64,000 nt of DNA from Anthoceros angustus. Taxonomy: Eukaryota > Plantae > Anthocerotophyta. Numbering within the stretch: the first letter of the stretch is position 1; each line of letters starts with the position of its first letter. The stretch spans positions 74,369 through 138,368 of the forward strand of contig MU008178.1 of assembly GCA_010909165.1 (NCBI GenBank), written 5' to 3'. The notes beneath the pieces are model-generated. The model did not search any database. It saw only the letters and a list, made by a program, of their open reading frames with translations, and was not told the origin of the DNA. Positions 61,564-64,000 of this stretch are shown piece after piece. A program made the position numbers and the translations under genes.

Positions 61564-62696
61564 TCACTCCCTGAGCCAGGGTGTGAGCTCGGGATCCCAT
61601 TCCACCAGCTCACCCTCCTTGAACCACAAAGCCACCTCGCGGAGGCCATTCTCCGCACTATCACTGCCATGCACCACGTTCCTGCCGACCTCAATCCCGA
61701 AATCCCCCCGGATCGTCCCGGGCTCAGCCAGCAGCGGGTTAGTCACACCAATGATCTTCCGCGCAGAAGCCACCACCCCGGGCCCCTCCCACGCCATGGC
61801 CACCACCGGACCCGACACGATGTACTTCACCAGTTTGGGGAAGAAGGGCCGCTCCTTCAGCTCCGCGTAGTGCTCCTCCGCCAGATCCTGCGGAGTCTGG
61901 AACAGCTTCAGCCCCCTGAGCTTGAAGCCCTTCCTCTCGAACCTGCTGATGATCTCACCTACCAGCCCCCGCTGAACCCCGTCCGGCTTCACCATCACAT
62001 ACGACAGCTCATCCCCCTGCTTCGCCTCCACCGTTGCCCTCATCCGCCTGCTCACCGCCCCGCTCTTCCCCGCACTGCATCAACACGTCCCCGCTCCACG
62101 AGCTCCGCCATCCCAACTCCCGCCGAGACGTCTCCAGCTCCCCGCTGCTCCTGCTCCAGACCGCATCCGCCATCCCGCCATCGCTGATGCTGCATTGTTG
62201 CTGTAAGAACAGGACGCGGCTGCAGCCGAGGAGGCCGCTCCTTCAGCTCCGCGTAGTGCTCCTCCGCCAGATCCTGCGGAGTCTGGAACAGCTTCAGCCC
62301 CCTGAGCTTGAAGCCCTTCCTCTCGAACCTGCTGATGATCTCACCTACCAGCCCCCGCTGAACCCCGTCCGGCTTCACCATCACATACGACAGCTCATCC
62401 CCCTGCTTCGCCTCCACCGTTGCCCTCATCCGCCTGCTCACCGCCCCGCTCTTCCCCCCGCACTGCATCAACACGTCCCCGCTCCACGAGCTCCCGCTCC
62501 ATCCCAACTCCCGCCGAGACGTCTCCAGCTCCCCGCTGCTCCTGCTCCCGGACCGCATCCGCCATCCCGCCATCGCTGATGCTGCATTGTTGCTGTAAGA
62601 ACAGGACGCGGCTGCAGCCGAGGAGGCCGCCTCCGTGGCCCGCACAGGAGCCACCGTCGCCAGGGTCATGACAGCCGCCATCGCCATGCCTGCCAT
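61564..62696 (-). CDS. NDPK: Nucleoside diphosphate kinase, plastid-type with transit peptide, intronless; interrupted by a ~390 bp internal tandem duplication
   Basis: [26 protein letters not shown]...GTIRGDFG...RNVVHGSDS...W. Ala/Ser-rich N-terminal extension from ATG 62696. Complete catalytic domain at 61564-62055. Confidence 0.92.
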
Positions 62697-62861
62697 TTCC
62701 TTCTCCTCCCGCTTCTAGGATTGAGATCCTAGGAAGCTCTTCGGTTGAGGGGGAGAGCGGGAGGTAGTTGAACGGGAATATACGCAAATTAATTGGAGAA
62801 TGATAATATAGTCAAATCTCTAACAGACCAGCCTCTCTTAGCTGATCGTTGGAGCCCGGGG

Positions 62862-64000
62862 ATGGTGGATTCGCAGAGCCCGGCTCCGGGCCCGGATGCT
62901 GCATTGGTCCAATTTCCTGCCTTCCCGTTCAAGCCGTATCCGATTCAGGTGGAATTTATGAGCGCTGTGTACCGGGCCATCCAGCAAGGTGGAGTTGCCA
63001 TAGTGGAGAGTCCGACTGGTGAGATGGGCAGCAAGGAGCTGTAGCACCCTATGCCTCTTGTTTATTGTGGGGGCTCACTGCAGTGGTTTCAATTTTTTCC
63101 CTCCTGTTGCAAACGTGATTTTGGGGGATTGTGATTCTTGTAGGGACTGGAAAGACTCTCAGCCTCATCTGTAGTGCATTGCAATGGCTGGAAGACCAGC
63201 AGCATTGTTTGAGCAGCTCGACTGCTGTGACCGGTTCAGAGAAGGCGTCCAGTGGTGACAGGCCCGATGAGCCGCAGTGGTTGAGGGACTTCAGCCGCAG
63301 CGAGAGTGAGGAAGTGAAGCCTGCCAAGAAGCAGCTGGCCAGGGTCAGGAAGAAGCCTGCCGTCGTGCGGTCGTTTCTGGAAGGGGGAGATGGGGAGGGA
63401 GAGGGTGAAGAAGCGGGTGTTGGGTCCAGACGGCCGGGAGCTGCCGCTGCTGGTGCTGGTGCCCTTGAGGATGATGATGGGTGCTTCTTGTTGGATGACT
63501 ACCAGAGTGAAGATGAACAGTGTGGAGGGAAGCGGAAAGCGTATGCGGCGGGCTGCTCTAGCAGCAGCGATGGGGAGGATGAAGTGCATTTGGAGAAGGA
63601 CGAGGAGAAAGGGCTGAAGGTGTTTTTTTGCAGTCGTACTCACTCGCAGCTGTCGCAGTTCATCGGTGAATTGCAGCGAACACACTTCTCTTCGTCCTTG
63701 CAAGTGGTGTCGTTGGGCTCTCGGAAGACACTTTGTATCAATCCTGGTGAGTAACCGCTGCACTCTCCTTGAGAATGACGTGCAGAGAACTCGTGGCAAA
63801 GGTTTTAGTCTGTCTGTGCATGTATTGCTCTGCAGATGTTACAAAGCTAGGAAGCGCTGCCAGAATGAATGAGCGATGTCTGGAGTTGCTCAAAAACAAG
63901 ACCAGTGGTAAGGTGACACAACGGAGAGAGTGGGTCTCAGGCTCGTGCTACTGCATCACAATGCTCGTTCATGTTACTTATCAGCTCGTGCTTGTGTCCT
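62862..64000 (+). CDS. DDX11: DDX11/ChlR1 Fe-S DNA helicase, 5' part (exons 62862-63018, 63144-63746, 63836-...), running off the window end
   Basis: FPAFPFKPYPIQVEFM..ESPT(G)|TGKTLSLIC...DEPQWL...KVFFCSRTHSQLSQFIGEL..SLGSRKTLCINP|DV...MNERCLEL. GT-AG introns are in frame. An in-frame upstream ATG exists at 62793. Confidence 0.93.

Noticed and set aside
61256-61600. 114-aa minus-strand ORF downstream of NDPK
   Set aside because: Overlaps the NDPK stop region and is compositionally UTR-like; no domain recognised.
61669-62671. Plus-strand ORFs opposite NDPK
   Set aside because: Shadow ORFs of a GC-rich CDS with no recognisable motifs.
1-64000. rRNA, tRNA, or prokaryotic operon/defence system
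   Set aside because: None recognised; the tRNA-complementary 12-mers are retrotransposon PBSs, and spliceosomal introns show the DNA is eukaryotic.

Overview
Eukaryotic, land-plant DNA. The inference of a non-seed plant (hornwort- or lycophyte-like) rests on GC-rich exons, short GT-AG introns, and TE superfamilies I do not expect in angiosperms. About 44 kb (1-44 kb) is a nested transposon cluster. It holds two Ty1/copia elements with non-canonical LTR termini (one lies at 48.8-55.7 kb), CACTA-like TIRs, a probable KDZ transposase, a Sola-like/DUF7869 transposase, a CRE-like non-LTR element and a Ty3/gypsy element. The host genes are a divergent double-AP2 gene, an HD-Zip class II gene, an ULTRAPETALA-like SAND gene with large internal repeats, a plastid-type NDPK and the 5' part of DDX11/ChlR1. 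The two main results are DNA methyltransferases of different chemical classes sitting in mobile DNA about 12 kb apart. (1) A C5-cytosine methyltransferase is inserted between protease and RT of the gypsy pol (~34260-35170). (2) A cryptic, frameshifted beta-class N4-cytosine/N6-adenine methyltransferase, with a possible ParB-like N-terminal region, lies at ~22150-25500 on the minus strand between the two DDE transposases. It is only visible by stitching reading frames. One copia also carries a spliced antisense zinc-finger gene. Caveat: many frameshifts are single-base losses, even in elements with near-identical LTRs, so the assembly probably has long-read indel errors and ORF intactness cannot be judged here. 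All family assignments are by eye from motifs; no database search was run.
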